A stretch of DNA of 64,000 bases from contig CP066686.1 in assembly GCA_016432365.1 (NCBI GenBank), forward strand, positions 874,918 to 938,917. The letters run 5' to 3'. This stretch comes from Candidatus Woesebacteria bacterium (lineage in GTDB: Bacteria > Patescibacteriota > Microgenomatia > UBA8517). The position numbers were made by a program, and so were the translations under genes. Below are positions 19,012 through 28,580 of this stretch, piece by piece; position 1 is the first letter of the stretch, and each line of letters starts with the position of its first letter. The notes beneath the pieces were generated by a model. That model saw nothing but the letters and a program-made list of their open reading frames with translations. It did no database searches and had not been told where the DNA came from.

Positions 19012-19296
19012 TTATTTAAGCCCCCCAAGAAGCCCGCCCAAACCTCCGCCCATTTCCATCATTTTCTTAGCAGATTCTTTTTGCACTTTCTTCATTGCTT
19101 CGTTTATCAAATCAACTAACTCCTGCAAATCTTCACCATCTTTCTTAATGTATCGAATTTTCTGATCCCCCGTTACGGAAACTGTCCAGCCCTTTTTTTC
19201 CAGAGTTTCAATTATTTTTTCGAGTTCCTTCTGGAGCTCTGCGGCCTTTTTCCGCATTTCGTTTAACTGACCCAATTGTTTAAATTTATCAAACAT
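19012..19296 (-). CDS. ybaB: nucleoid-associated protein YbaB/EbfC
   Basis: 94 aa; ...MRKKAAELQKELE...VTGDQK... with a Gly-rich tail. Conserved dnaX-ybaB-recR order. Confidence 0.9.
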   Translation of the reverse strand: MFDKFKQLGQLNEMRKKAAELQKELEKIIETLEKKGWTVSVTGDQKIRYIKKDGEDLQELVDLINEAMKKVQKESAKKMMEMGGGLGGLLGGLK

Positions 19297-19310
19297 AATA
19301 GAAAAATCAA

Positions 19311-19380
19311 AAGTTAGAAGTCAAAACTCAAAATTTTTACTTTTGAATTGTATTTTTGACTTTTGCTTTTTGAATCTTAA
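19311..19380. repeat. interspersed repeat, family B, copy 1 (dnaX-ybaB intergenic)
   Basis: ttagaagtcaaaa...cttttgaattgtatttttgacttttgctttttgaat. Related to 42285..42395. Confidence 0.6.
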
Positions 19381-19381
19381 T

Positions 19382-20848
19382 TTAATTTCCAAATATCTCT
19401 TCTGCAACCTTGATTATATCCTTATCTTTCCCTTCAGTCAAAATCGGTTCAATTTTATTTTCTTCCACAATCTTCTTTACGGGAGGGTCTACCAATGTAC
19501 AAACAACCCTTGTAGGAGATTGAAGAACTTTTCCAACCACGTCCTCTACTATCCGCCGATGCTGATTATCTTCTAATCGTTCTTTATGAAATTTATAATA
19601 TACCCCCAGGGTCAGGGTCTTTCCGTCGTAAGCTACCGGGCGGGCAGCCCGGAGCAACGCTTCGATCGAGGCATTAATGGGTTTTACAAGTGATAGGACA
19701 TTCTTCCAGGTCTCGCCCTCAACCTCCATATTTTCGACGGGGGCTGAAATTCGCTCATTAGTGATGATTTCAACCGCTTGAATCATCCCTGTCTTAGGAG
19801 TAGGCTCATTTACATCTTCTTTTTTAATTTTTAATTCTTCATTATCAATTACCTCCCCGCACCACTTTATTACAGCAATCTCGAGTGGCAATTCTTCAAT
19901 CGGCGAATCCGGAACTTGGCGGTTGGCTTCAATCAAGAGTTCTGCCAGAAGAATCAATTCGCCACTTCCGTCGACATCCGAAATGATATTTTTGTGTATC
20001 TCGGTAAGCGTTTGTTTAAGTAATGCCTCAACACCCGCACCAGCCTCAACTGCATTTTTGACAAAATTAAGAGCACTGTCCAAATCTTTCTTGTACAAAA
20101 AGTTTACAAACTCCTCCACACCCTGAGCTTTGCCCTTTTCCAGAAATTTATTACCTTCAACACTAACCTGCTCTAAAAGTTTCACAGCATCCCTGAACGA
20201 CCCGTTGGCTGCACCGGCAATATCTTCCAAAGTTTTTGGATCAATATCAAGGTTTTCCCCTTTAATCACACGTGTTAAAGATTGCCGGATTTCTTCAGAG
20301 CTGGCTTTTCTGAATCTGATAAACGTCGTTCTTGATCGGATTGTGTCTATTAGTTTCTCGGGATTTGTTGTTGCCAAAATAAAAACAACATGCTCTGGGG
20401 GTTCCTCAAGGGTTTTAAGTAGCGCGTTGCTGGCTTCGGTTGTTAACATGTGAGCCTCGTCAATAATGTATATTTTTTTATTCGCTTTTACAGGTGAAAG
20501 TTTGACGGCGTCTTTTAAAGTACGAACATCGTCAATACCACGATGACTTGCGGCATCCATTTCAACAACGTCTAAATTATTACCTTTTGTAATAGATATG
20601 CACTGTTCACACTTATCACACGGTTCATAACTTTTCACTTTTAACTTTTCACTTTTCGCTACCTCCTCACAGTTTATTATTTTTGCTAATATTCTTGCTG
20701 CGGAAGTTTTACCCGTTCCTTTTGGTCCGGCAAATAAAAATGCATGAGGTATTTGGCCGGAAGTTACAATTTTTTTTAATGATTCACGGACCTCGGGCAA
20801 ATCAAGTTCATCTAAATTATTTGAACGGTATTTTAAATAGAGTGTCAT
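19382..20848 (-). CDS. dnaX: DNA polymerase III subunit gamma/tau
   Basis: AAA+ P-loop FAGPKGTGKTS; zinc module C..CDKCEQC; DEAH-like IIDEAHML; 488 aa. Confidence 0.9.
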   Translation of the reverse strand: MTLYLKYRSNNLDELDLPEVRESLKKIVTSGQIPHAFLFAGPKGTGKTSAARILAKIINCEEVAKSEKLKVKSYEPCDKCEQCISITKGNNLDVVEMDAASHRGIDDVRTLKDAVKLSPVKANKKIYIIDEAHMLTTEASNALLKTLEEPPEHVVFILATTNPEKLIDTIRSRTTFIRFRKASSEEIRQSLTRVIKGENLDIDPKTLEDIAGAANGSFRDAVKLLEQVSVEGNKFLEKGKAQGVEEFVNFLYKKDLDSALNFVKNAVEAGAGVEALLKQTLTEIHKNIISDVDGSGELILLAELLIEANRQVPDSPIEELPLEIAVIKWCGEVIDNEELKIKKEDVNEPTPKTGMIQAVEIITNERISAPVENMEVEGETWKNVLSLVKPINASIEALLRAARPVAYDGKTLTLGVYYKFHKERLEDNQHRRIVEDVVGKVLQSPTRVVCTLVDPPVKKIVEENKIEPILTEGKDKDIIKVAEEIFGN

Positions 20849-20883
20849 TATTTATTTACCTATTTGTTGATTTGATTATTTGC

Positions 20884-21270
20884 TTATTCCGCATGGTGTA
20901 TTCCCAACAAGTGCAAAGTTCCGTGTTCAGTGAGTTCGTAAACTCTCTCGTCGATCAAAACATTTTCTTCTTTGGCCTCCCTAAGCGCTTCGGGATAACA
21001 AATAATTACCTCTCCAAGATGCATGGTTCCATCGGGGGGATATACGAACCCTTTTACTTCAGTTGGAGTAAAAGAAAGAACATTGTGAAGTTTCCTATCT
21101 TTAAGATATTTTTTACCAATCTCCAACATTTTAGTTTCTCCAACGATGGCGACTGAAATTTCAGCATCAGAAACTATACCATTTTTAGCCAAAAAATCGG
21201 CCAGTTTTTTCTTAATGACCGTTGCCTTAACGGGATAATTTGACTGTTTAGTTATTGAAACTTTAATCAT
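20884..21270 (-). CDS. ybeY: rRNA maturation endoribonuclease YbeY
   Basis: HGTLHLLGIHH metal-binding motif (H..H....H) at the C-terminus; 128 aa. Confidence 0.8.
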   Translation of the reverse strand: MIKVSITKQSNYPVKATVIKKKLADFLAKNGIVSDAEISVAIVGETKMLEIGKKYLKDRKLHNVLSFTPTEVKGFVYPPDGTMHLGEVIICYPEALREAKEENVLIDERVYELTEHGTLHLLGIHHAE

Positions 21271-21285
21271 AATAGTAACTAGCTA

Positions 21286-21744
21286 CTAGTGACTAGTTAC
21301 TAGTTTCTGGCGAACAAGTTCTGCAATTTTCCCTCCTTCAACACTTGGGGCCTTTGATTTAACGACCCCGATGACCCTACCTAAATCGGCAATTGTTTTA
21401 GCCCCTAACTGATTTATTGAATCACTGATTAATTGATTTAATTCCGCCTCATCCATTTCCGGAGGTAAAAATTCCTGAAGTATCTTAAGCTCCAATTTTT
21501 CCGATTCAGCCAAATCAGACCTCCCCGCCTTTTCGTATGCATCGATAGAATCTTTTCTTTGTTTGGCCTGCTTTCGAATTACGTTTAATTCCTCATCTCC
21601 CGTTAAATCGTGTTGTTTCTCGATTTTTTCGTAATTAAAAGCGCTAGAAAGAAGTTTGAGAGTCGAAAGACGCACCGTGTCATGCGCCTTCATGGCCTCT
21701 CCTATTAATTTTGCAATGTCTTTAGATATCATAGTTTTGAGCAA
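21286..21744 (-). CDS. GatB/YqeY domain protein
   Basis: 152 aa; full-length similarity pattern of the YqeY family (LKLLSSA...IRKQAKQRKDSI). Confidence 0.75.
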   Translation of the reverse strand: MLKTMISKDIAKLIGEAMKAHDTVRLSTLKLLSSAFNYEKIEKQHDLTGDEELNVIRKQAKQRKDSIDAYEKAGRSDLAESEKLELKILQEFLPPEMDEAELNQLISDSINQLGAKTIADLGRVIGVVKSKAPSVEGGKIAELVRQKLVTSH

Positions 21745-21816
21745 CTTGCCCTTACGCCCGCATGCGATGCAGTCTGCCTTGGCGAAGGAGGGTCATTGTC
21801 TGTATATTTTGAGCTA

Positions 21817-22209
21817 TCATATGTTTTCTTTAATCATTTTAGCAGTTTTTTCCATTTCGACAGCGTCAAATGTTTTTCTATTCGAAGTATCTATGAATGC
21901 TTCTTTCCCATAGATCGGAACTATCCAAATATGCGCATGGTGAACATCCATACCGTGCGTCAAAAACTCAACCATTGGAGCCCCCAAAGACTTCAACTGC
22001 GCCTTTGCAACTTTCCTGGCCACTTCCCAATATTCACCAAAATTGGGAACATCCCAAGTCCATCTGTAGTGTGTCTTTGGAATTAATTGGACGTGACCGA
22101 TATTTAGTGGAGATATGTCTAAAAATGCCATGAAATCGGCATCTTCGTATACTTTATATGAAGGTATTTCTCCTTTAACGATTTTGCAAAAAATACAATC
22201 AGAAACCAT
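21817..22209 (-). CDS. HIT-family hydrolase (histidine triad)
   Basis: CIFCKI zinc motif and HGMDVHHAHIWIVP histidine triad. Confidence 0.85.
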   Translation of the reverse strand: MVSDCIFCKIVKGEIPSYKVYEDADFMAFLDISPLNIGHVQLIPKTHYRWTWDVPNFGEYWEVARKVAKAQLKSLGAPMVEFLTHGMDVHHAHIWIVPIYGKEAFIDTSNRKTFDAVEMEKTAKMIKENI

Positions 22210-22366
22210 AGCCCGACAAGTATATATATTTTCACGGAGAACGACAAGACATCAATCTATACAAAAATGAAGACATAAGTCGTTGACTATGGGTTTACAT
22301 TAATGTAAACTTCATCCTCGCTGTTTGAAAGTAAAATAAGGAAAAAGGAGCCACAATGTTTCATTT

Positions 22367-22648
22367 GTGATGCTCGAAGACCGTACGCGCGGACCAGCGA
22401 CAAAGATCGCAGCGGAAATTTTGTGCCGTTGGCTACTCTTGTTCTGGGGCTTTTTAAAATCCCTTACCAAGGAAGAATCTGAAAGGAGAGGAATGAACAA
22501 AAACGAAGAAAGGTTTCTCTGGGCATTGGCCAAGGTGATCTTCTACTTTAAGCAAATTTTCTGGTCAGATTTTGCCAAAGCCATATATGTAGCATTGCTA
22601 CTGCTCGCTTTTGTCTACGGTGTTTCCCGCAACTTTATGCTGCCGTAG
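22367..22648 (+). CDS. small hypothetical membrane protein
   Basis: 93-aa ORF followed directly by a strong intrinsic terminator on the same strand. Confidence 0.3.
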   Translation: MMLEDRTRGPATKIAAEILCRWLLLFWGFLKSLTKEESERRGMNKNEERFLWALAKVIFYFKQIFWSDFAKAIYVALLLLAFVYGVSRNFMLP

Positions 22649-22656
22649 CCAAATCC

Positions 22657-22706
22657 TCACAGTGGTTGTTAACCAACAATAACCACTGTGAGAGTACTAT
22701 TTTTTT
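22657..22706 (+). terminator. Rho-independent terminator (12-bp perfect stem, 13-nt loop, T7 run)
   Basis: ctcacagtggtt-gttaaccaacaat-aaccactgtgag followed by agtactattttttt. Confidence 0.6.
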
Positions 22707-23893
22707 AGTCTCTCAATAGCCTCGTCTAAACTCAGAAGTTCACTTTCGTCTTTTGATCTTTCCTTATATTCAACTTTATCCCCATTTCTTTCCGATAACA
22801 CCAACCTGACCGGTATTCCGATTAAATCGCTGTCTCCAAATTTTTCCCCGGCACTAACTTCACGGTCATCCCAAAGAACGTCGAAACCTGTCTCAATCAA
22901 TTTACCGTATATTTCTTTACCATTGCCGTTTAAGTCAACTAAATGGATATCAAAAGGAGAAATTTGCTTGCTCCAAATAATTCCTTTATCATCATGCGAA
23001 ACTTCAACCCAAGTTCCCATGACACGTGTCGGACCTATTCCGTAGCTTCCAAACCAAATCGGTTTCTTGCCACCATCACGATCGGTAAAATAGGCTCTCA
23101 TGCGTTCTGAATAAAAGGTTCCCAGAGGAAAAATATTTCCGACTTCAATAGACTTTGCACTTATATATTCCTCTTTATTCCCCTCCATCACTTCCTCATT
23201 TGTAGCTTCTGTATCTCCTTCTTTCCAATAAATTGTATCTTCACCAACATCGCTTAATACTTGAAATTCGTGAGTAAATTTGTCTGTAAATACCCCACCC
23301 GATGCTTTAGCAATTTTAAAATTGAAGCCTAAACGGGTAAAAATCTTTGAATATGCACTTTTGACTTTTTCATAATACTCCATTAGGTCTTCTTCAGAAG
23401 CGTGGGCAGAATACAAATCTTTCATCATGAATTCTCGACCTCTTAAAATTCCGCTTTTAGCACGAAGCTCGTTTCTGAATTTTGTGGAAAAATGATAAAT
23501 GGAAACCGGCAAATCTTTGTAGCTGCTAATCGTTTTTCTCAGAAGATCCATAACTATTTCTTCGTGAGTAAAAGAGAGGGCGTATTCTTTTTCTCTTGAA
23601 TCTTTAAGCTTATACATTATCTCATTGGCCTTGTCCCACCTCCCGGTTTCGTTCCATATTGTTTTCGGGTGAAGTAGTGGCATAAGCATTTCCTGCCCGC
23701 CAACAGCATTAATTTCTTCCCTGATTATCTGGTTAATTTTTTGCACAACCTTAAAACCCATTGGAAGAAGTGTCCAGCTGCCCGCCATAAGTTGATCCAT
23801 AAATCCGGCACGGACCAGGAGTTTATGATTGATACTTTCTGCATCCTTCGGCGCTTCTTTTTTTGTCTTCGGAAAAAGTTGAGATTGCTTCAC
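22697..23893 (-). CDS. proS: prolyl-tRNA synthetase, minimal form (no editing insertion, no C-terminal Zn domain)
   Basis: Class II core (LVRAGFMDQLMAGSWTLLPMGFKV; motif 2/3 regions) plus an anticodon-binding C-terminal domain. Only 398 aa. Confidence 0.85.
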   Translation of the reverse strand: MKQSQLFPKTKKEAPKDAESINHKLLVRAGFMDQLMAGSWTLLPMGFKVVQKINQIIREEINAVGGQEMLMPLLHPKTIWNETGRWDKANEIMYKLKDSREKEYALSFTHEEIVMDLLRKTISSYKDLPVSIYHFSTKFRNELRAKSGILRGREFMMKDLYSAHASEEDLMEYYEKVKSAYSKIFTRLGFNFKIAKASGGVFTDKFTHEFQVLSDVGEDTIYWKEGDTEATNEEVMEGNKEEYISAKSIEVGNIFPLGTFYSERMRAYFTDRDGGKKPIWFGSYGIGPTRVMGTWVEVSHDDKGIIWSKQISPFDIHLVDLNGNGKEIYGKLIETGFDVLWDDREVSAGEKFGDSDLIGIPVRLVLSERNGDKVEYKERSKDESELLSLDEAIERLKK

Positions 23894-23913
23894 AGAAGTT
23901 ATTCTACTATATA

Positions 23914-25002
23914 TTACCTAACAATGCTCTTTAAAAATCCATCTATGCTTCCCGCTGTAATCAGCCGCCGGATATCCCCTATTGTTATTGCCAGGATCAG
24001 AGTCAAAAGAATTACCATTCCAATTGTATGAACTATTGCCTCAACTTTAGGAACAATTTTTTTACCGATTATGGATTCAATTCCAATAAAAAACAGGCGT
24101 CCACCGTCAAGGGCCGGGAATGGAAGAATGTTTAAGATAGCCAAATTTACAGATAAAACTCCTACAAAATTAATTAAAGTTATGATTCCATTTTTTGCGG
24201 CCTCAGTTGTCACAGCAAATATTCCCACTGGCCCGGAAACGTCCTGCGGGGCGTGTCCTTTGAATAGTCCAGCAATAATTCCCAAAAGCCCGACAAGGAT
24301 TGTTTGTCCCCAGAAAATCGCGTCTTTAAATCCGTAATAAATTCCGTAAAATGGTCGCTGCCAAACAGGTGGAAAATATATTTCAGTTGAAGTAATGGTT
24401 ACTCCCAACGGACCTTCCCCTGCAGGCGGATTAACCCTGGGGATTACAGTGATTTTACCTTTTTCAGTTTCTATATTAACTTTTTGCCCTTTTTTGGCAT
24501 CAACATTTTTTATGAAGTTGTTTACATCGGCTACATCTTTTCCGTCAACTTTCCTGATGATGTCCCCCACAACTAATCCAGCTGAAATCGCCGGAGAATT
24601 TGCGGAAATATCAACTACTTTTATTTGATGAGTATCTTTTGGAATTCCAGTTACGGAATAGACTATTGCAAAAGCGACTACGGCAAGTAGAAAATTCATA
24701 ACCACTCCGGCTACGACGACAGAAATTCTGGTTCTCTTATTTTTGTTGAGAAATGCGCGGTTGGGATCGGTAACTCCACCCTCTTCTTGTTCACCATGAA
24801 GCCTAACGAATCCACCGAAAGGGAGTGCGTTTACAGAATAAATTGTTTCCCCTATTTTTTTGCCGAAAAGCCGGGGTGGAAGTCCAAAACCAAATTCCTC
24901 AACCCAGATTCCGGCCCGCCTGGCCATAATAAAGTGGCCAAGTTCATGAACCAAAATCAGAACGGAAAGAACAACAAGAAAAACTAAAATTGAAATCAAC
25001 AT
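23914..25002 (-). CDS. rseP: RIP metalloprotease RseP (site-2 protease, M50) with PDZ domain
   Basis: HELGHFIMAR zinc motif in TM1, PDZ segment, LDGG motif near the C-terminal TM region. Confidence 0.85.
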   Translation of the reverse strand: MLISILVFLVVLSVLILVHELGHFIMARRAGIWVEEFGFGLPPRLFGKKIGETIYSVNALPFGGFVRLHGEQEEGGVTDPNRAFLNKNKRTRISVVVAGVVMNFLLAVVAFAIVYSVTGIPKDTHQIKVVDISANSPAISAGLVVGDIIRKVDGKDVADVNNFIKNVDAKKGQKVNIETEKGKITVIPRVNPPAGEGPLGVTITSTEIYFPPVWQRPFYGIYYGFKDAIFWGQTILVGLLGIIAGLFKGHAPQDVSGPVGIFAVTTEAAKNGIITLINFVGVLSVNLAILNILPFPALDGGRLFFIGIESIIGKKIVPKVEAIVHTIGMVILLTLILAITIGDIRRLITAGSIDGFLKSIVR

Positions 25003-25061
25003 GTAAAAAGTAGTATGTAGAATACGAAGAGGAAAAGCAAGGAAGAAAATTGAAAAATGAT

Positions 25062-26171
25062 TTATTTCGACTTAGGACCAATCAATAACTTGTAGTCGCC
25101 GGAAAGTTTGTGGCCATTGACCTGTAACCTGTCAAAAATTCCTTTCTTGGTTCTTTTAGGATCACTATTGGGAGCCAAATACAAGTACCTTCCCACCTCT
25201 GATTCCTGATCTTGAGTATAAAACCTGATCCCGGCAATTCTGGCTCCGGGGTTTCCAAGTACTGAAGACTTGCCGTTTTCATCCACCCAATGGGAGTCCA
25301 CACCCTCAAAAATATTTTTAAATACCGCAGCAGAAATGAATGCGCTTTTTGTCTCGTCTTTCGATACAACCCTGATTCCCGACACTTCTGCGTTTTTTCC
25401 ACTACCGGTTATATCCACCTCTATTTTGCTGACATCGTCATGTTCCCAAAGCGAAACAAAAAGACCCACCATCTCTTCTTCTTTGGGGGTCGTTCGCCTT
25501 TTAATTTCATCTTTTGACTTTAACTTTATGGAAAACATTTGTTCAGTTTCCGGCTTAGGTTTTTCCCGCTCCTCTTTAAAACTATCTGCCGCCCTTGCAG
25601 CGGGCTCGGTTTGGACCGGTTCAGCGGCTGGCGTTTCCGGTTCTTGGGGATTTGGATTTGATTTCAACACTTTCAATTGGTCTTCTTCTACTTTATATCT
25701 TTTTCTTTCCTCCGCAAAATCGTCAACAATAAACTTCATAAATGAATCTTCGTCTTGTCCATCAAAATCGGGGTTTGGGGTACCATAAACTTTTTCCAAG
25801 TCTTTGAGAGTGTTAATGGGTTCCGGACTGGTGTAACTATGAAGGTATCTTTCCCAATCCGCCTTCAAACCTTCGTCCTCAATCGGACGATCCGTTTTTA
25901 TATGGTCCACAAGTTCGGCCTGCCAGTTTATCTCTTTTGGTTTTTCTTCAACCGCCGGCATTCTCTTATCTGCCTCAATATCCCTCAACGCCGCCGCTAC
26001 AATATCTGAACCAAGTGCGACCCTAGTACCACCCCTTGACCATGGTTCAGAATCTTTTCTGTCACGGCCACCACGCCGTCTGGAATGCTCATCCTTGACC
26101 TGGGGTTTCCTCTCTACAGGCTCAATGCCGCCAACTCCATATCTATCATCTGCTTCTCCACCTCGTGCCAT
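25062..26171 (-). CDS. hypothetical acidic protein (369 aa)
   Basis: Charged, low-complexity N-terminal half and a folded C-terminal half. Sits where uppS/cdsA usually lie between frr and rseP. Confidence 0.35.
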   Translation of the reverse strand: MARGGEADDRYGVGGIEPVERKPQVKDEHSRRRGGRDRKDSEPWSRGGTRVALGSDIVAAALRDIEADKRMPAVEEKPKEINWQAELVDHIKTDRPIEDEGLKADWERYLHSYTSPEPINTLKDLEKVYGTPNPDFDGQDEDSFMKFIVDDFAEERKRYKVEEDQLKVLKSNPNPQEPETPAAEPVQTEPAARAADSFKEEREKPKPETEQMFSIKLKSKDEIKRRTTPKEEEMVGLFVSLWEHDDVSKIEVDITGSGKNAEVSGIRVVSKDETKSAFISAAVFKNIFEGVDSHWVDENGKSSVLGNPGARIAGIRFYTQDQESEVGRYLYLAPNSDPKRTKKGIFDRLQVNGHKLSGDYKLLIGPKSK

Positions 26172-26208
26172 ACATTCAGTTTATCACAATTTGAAAACTG
26201 TCAAGAAG

Positions 26209-26763
26209 TTAAATTTGAAGTAACTCTGCCTTTTTCTTTTCTCCCATCTCGTCGATCTTGGCGATGAAGGAATCTGTAATTTCTTGAAGTTTTTTTTCAT
26301 TTGCAAATTTTTCGTCTTCCGTAATTTCCTTTTCTTCAAATTTCTTTTTAATTTCATGCATTTCGTCAGCACGGACTTGCCTAACCGCTACCTTGCCGTT
26401 TTCCAGTTTGACGGATAGGAGCTTTACATATTTTTCGCGATCTTCTGTTGTCAGGGGCTGCATAATTATTCTGAGAATCTCTCCATCAATGGAGGGATTC
26501 ATACCAATATTGGCTTCTAAGATTCCTTTTCGGATATCCCCGATTATAGATTTATCCCAAGGGTTAATTACTATTGAGGTTGGGTCGGGCGAAGTAATAC
26601 TAGCCACCTCCATTACTCTTAGGCGCTGTGTTCCGCCATACGCAGGAACAACAATGTTTTCTACAAGCGAAGGAGTTGCACGACCAGTGCGAACACCTGC
26701 GATGTCCGAGGCAATAGAATCTACCGAAGCCTGCATTTTGGAGCGGATTAAACCTTCATCCAT
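26209..26763 (-). CDS. frr: ribosome recycling factor
   Basis: 184 aa; conserved RTGRA.P..L.N..V.YGG motif. Confidence 0.9.
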   Translation of the reverse strand: MDEGLIRSKMQASVDSIASDIAGVRTGRATPSLVENIVVPAYGGTQRLRVMEVASITSPDPTSIVINPWDKSIIGDIRKGILEANIGMNPSIDGEILRIIMQPLTTEDREKYVKLLSVKLENGKVAVRQVRADEMHEIKKKFEEKEITEDEKFANEKKLQEITDSFIAKIDEMGEKKKAELLQI

Positions 26764-27215
26764 TACTTTCCTAATTCTACACGAAAAACGCGACCGATGC
26801 GAATATTTTCTCCGGTCTTGGCGATAACTTCTTTAACAAGATCCAAAACTTTCTTTGATGGGTCTTTTATAAAATCCTGTTTTTCTAAATCAACTTCCCC
26901 CATTGACGCAGCTTGCATAGCAACTTCGCGGCCTAAATTTTCAAAAAGCTCGTTTTTGGCTACAAAGTCGGTTTCGCAAAGAAGCTCTACTACTCCGACA
27001 ACTTTACCTGTGTGGTGAGTGTAAACAAAAATTTTTCCCTGTGAAGTTACCCTACCTTCTCTTTTTTCTGCTTTGGCCAATCCCTCTTTCTTAAGAATTA
27101 CCAGAGCCTCCTTCTCACTTCCTTTTACATCCTCCAAAACTTCTCTAATACGGATAAATGCCACCCCAGTTTCTTCCCTAAGTTTTTTAATAAGACCGAT
27201 ATCTATCTTTCCCAT
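26763..27215 (-). CDS. tsf: elongation factor Ts (short form)
   Basis: N-terminal LIKKLREETG UBA-like motif; 150 aa; conserved rpsB-tsf order. Confidence 0.8.
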   Translation of the reverse strand: MGKIDIGLIKKLREETGVAFIRIREVLEDVKGSEKEALVILKKEGLAKAEKREGRVTSQGKIFVYTHHTGKVVGVVELLCETDFVAKNELFENLGREVAMQAASMGEVDLEKQDFIKDPSKKVLDLVKEVIAKTGENIRIGRVFRVELGK

Positions 27216-27218
27216 GCT

Positions 27219-27932
27219 TTATTTTTCCGTTTTTACTTCTTCGCTCTTCGGTTTTCCTTCAAGAATAGCCTCTTTGACTAAATTAAGTACATACTCCAAA
27301 GCCTTGCTTGCATCGTCATTCATGGGAATTGGGTAATCAATATCATCCGGATCAGAATTGCTGTCAACTATACCGACAATGGCCACATGCCCCGCAGTTG
27401 CTTCTCTTATTGCCGATGTCTCTCTTTTTGTGTCGATGACAAAAAGAACGTCCGGGACTTTCGTCAAGGTTTGAACTCCACCAAAAAATCTTTCAAGTCT
27501 TGTTATCTCTCTGTCAATTAAAAGCCTCTCTTTTTTCGTAAATTTAGCGTAACCACCCGAGGCCATATTGGCTCTCATTTCCTCCATTTTGGTAAGTGAT
27601 TTTTTAATTTGACCGAAGTTTGAGACTGTTCCACCCAACCATCTTTCGTTGACATAAGGAACACCAGCTTCCTCTGCAACCTCTTTAACCCTCTCTTTAA
27701 TCTGTTTTTTTGTACCCAAAAGAAGTATTGTTTTTCCTTCTTTTGCTGATTTTGTTAAAAATTCCAAAGCCTCTTCGATAAGGGGCTTGGTTTTGGTTAA
27801 ATCAAAAATATGAACTCCGTTTTCTGAGCCATAAAGATACTCCTCCATTTTGGGGTTCCAACGTTTGGTTTGATGCCCAAAATGAGCTCCAGAATCCAAG
27901 AGATCTTCGAGTGAAATTTTAACTTTTGACAT
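27219..27932 (-). CDS. rpsB: 30S ribosomal protein S2
   Basis: LLDSGAHFGHQTKRWNPKM N-terminal signature. Confidence 0.95.
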   Translation of the reverse strand: MSKVKISLEDLLDSGAHFGHQTKRWNPKMEEYLYGSENGVHIFDLTKTKPLIEEALEFLTKSAKEGKTILLLGTKKQIKERVKEVAEEAGVPYVNERWLGGTVSNFGQIKKSLTKMEEMRANMASGGYAKFTKKERLLIDREITRLERFFGGVQTLTKVPDVLFVIDTKRETSAIREATAGHVAIVGIVDSNSDPDDIDYPIPMNDDASKALEYVLNLVKEAILEGKPKSEEVKTEK

Positions 27933-28021
27933 GTTATCGTCGTGGCTTCCTTTGTCCGCCGCAGATCGGAAGTGATCCAGGAAACCGGATCTGCGTGTGA
28001 GATCGAATTATAACCTAAGCC

Positions 28022-28537
28022 TTACAGCTTGGCAAGGGCTGACTTATTTATCTTTATATTTTCCAAGGCGCTTTTGGCCGCGGCACGGGCGAGATGAATT
28101 GCGGTTCGTCCGTCGCTAACAGCGTTTTTGTTACCCACCCTGGAAACTCTATACCCCAACTCCTCCAGTTCGTGAGAAAGTTTTCTTACTTCCATTGGAA
28201 CTTCGATTGCGTATTTTAAGGATTTTTTAATTATCTGGGCTCTATTCGGATTTTCTTTGTCCATTTTGTATGCTTCCATTACTTTTTGATAAGCTTTGGC
28301 GTCTTCCTCGGCAAGGACAGCCAATCGTTTTTTGATTTCTCCCGTGTCTTTGGCAATTTTAAGTAGAATTTTTTCTTTATCTTCATACCCCTTTTTACCT
28401 ATTGTTAAATTAACAACCATTTCTATTAACGATGCCGCAAAGCTTGCCGCAAGTGCCGCCACAACCCCACCCCCAGGAGTCGGATTTTTACTACTCAATT
28501 CTCTCTGAAATTCCTCAATTGTTTGTTTGTTTACCAT
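28022..28537 (-). CDS. formiminotetrahydrofolate cyclodeaminase / methenyl-THF cyclohydrolase family protein
   Basis: PTPGGGVVAALAASFAASL motif of the FTCD C-terminal (cyclodeaminase) fold; 171 aa. Confidence 0.65.
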   Translation of the reverse strand: MVNKQTIEEFQRELSSKNPTPGGGVVAALAASFAASLIEMVVNLTIGKKGYEDKEKILLKIAKDTGEIKKRLAVLAEEDAKAYQKVMEAYKMDKENPNRAQIIKKSLKYAIEVPMEVRKLSHELEELGYRVSRVGNKNAVSDGRTAIHLARAAAKSALENIKINKSALAKL

Positions 28538-28580
28538 TTGCTCTACTGAATTACTATTTTTATCGAATTATTTGTTTTTA

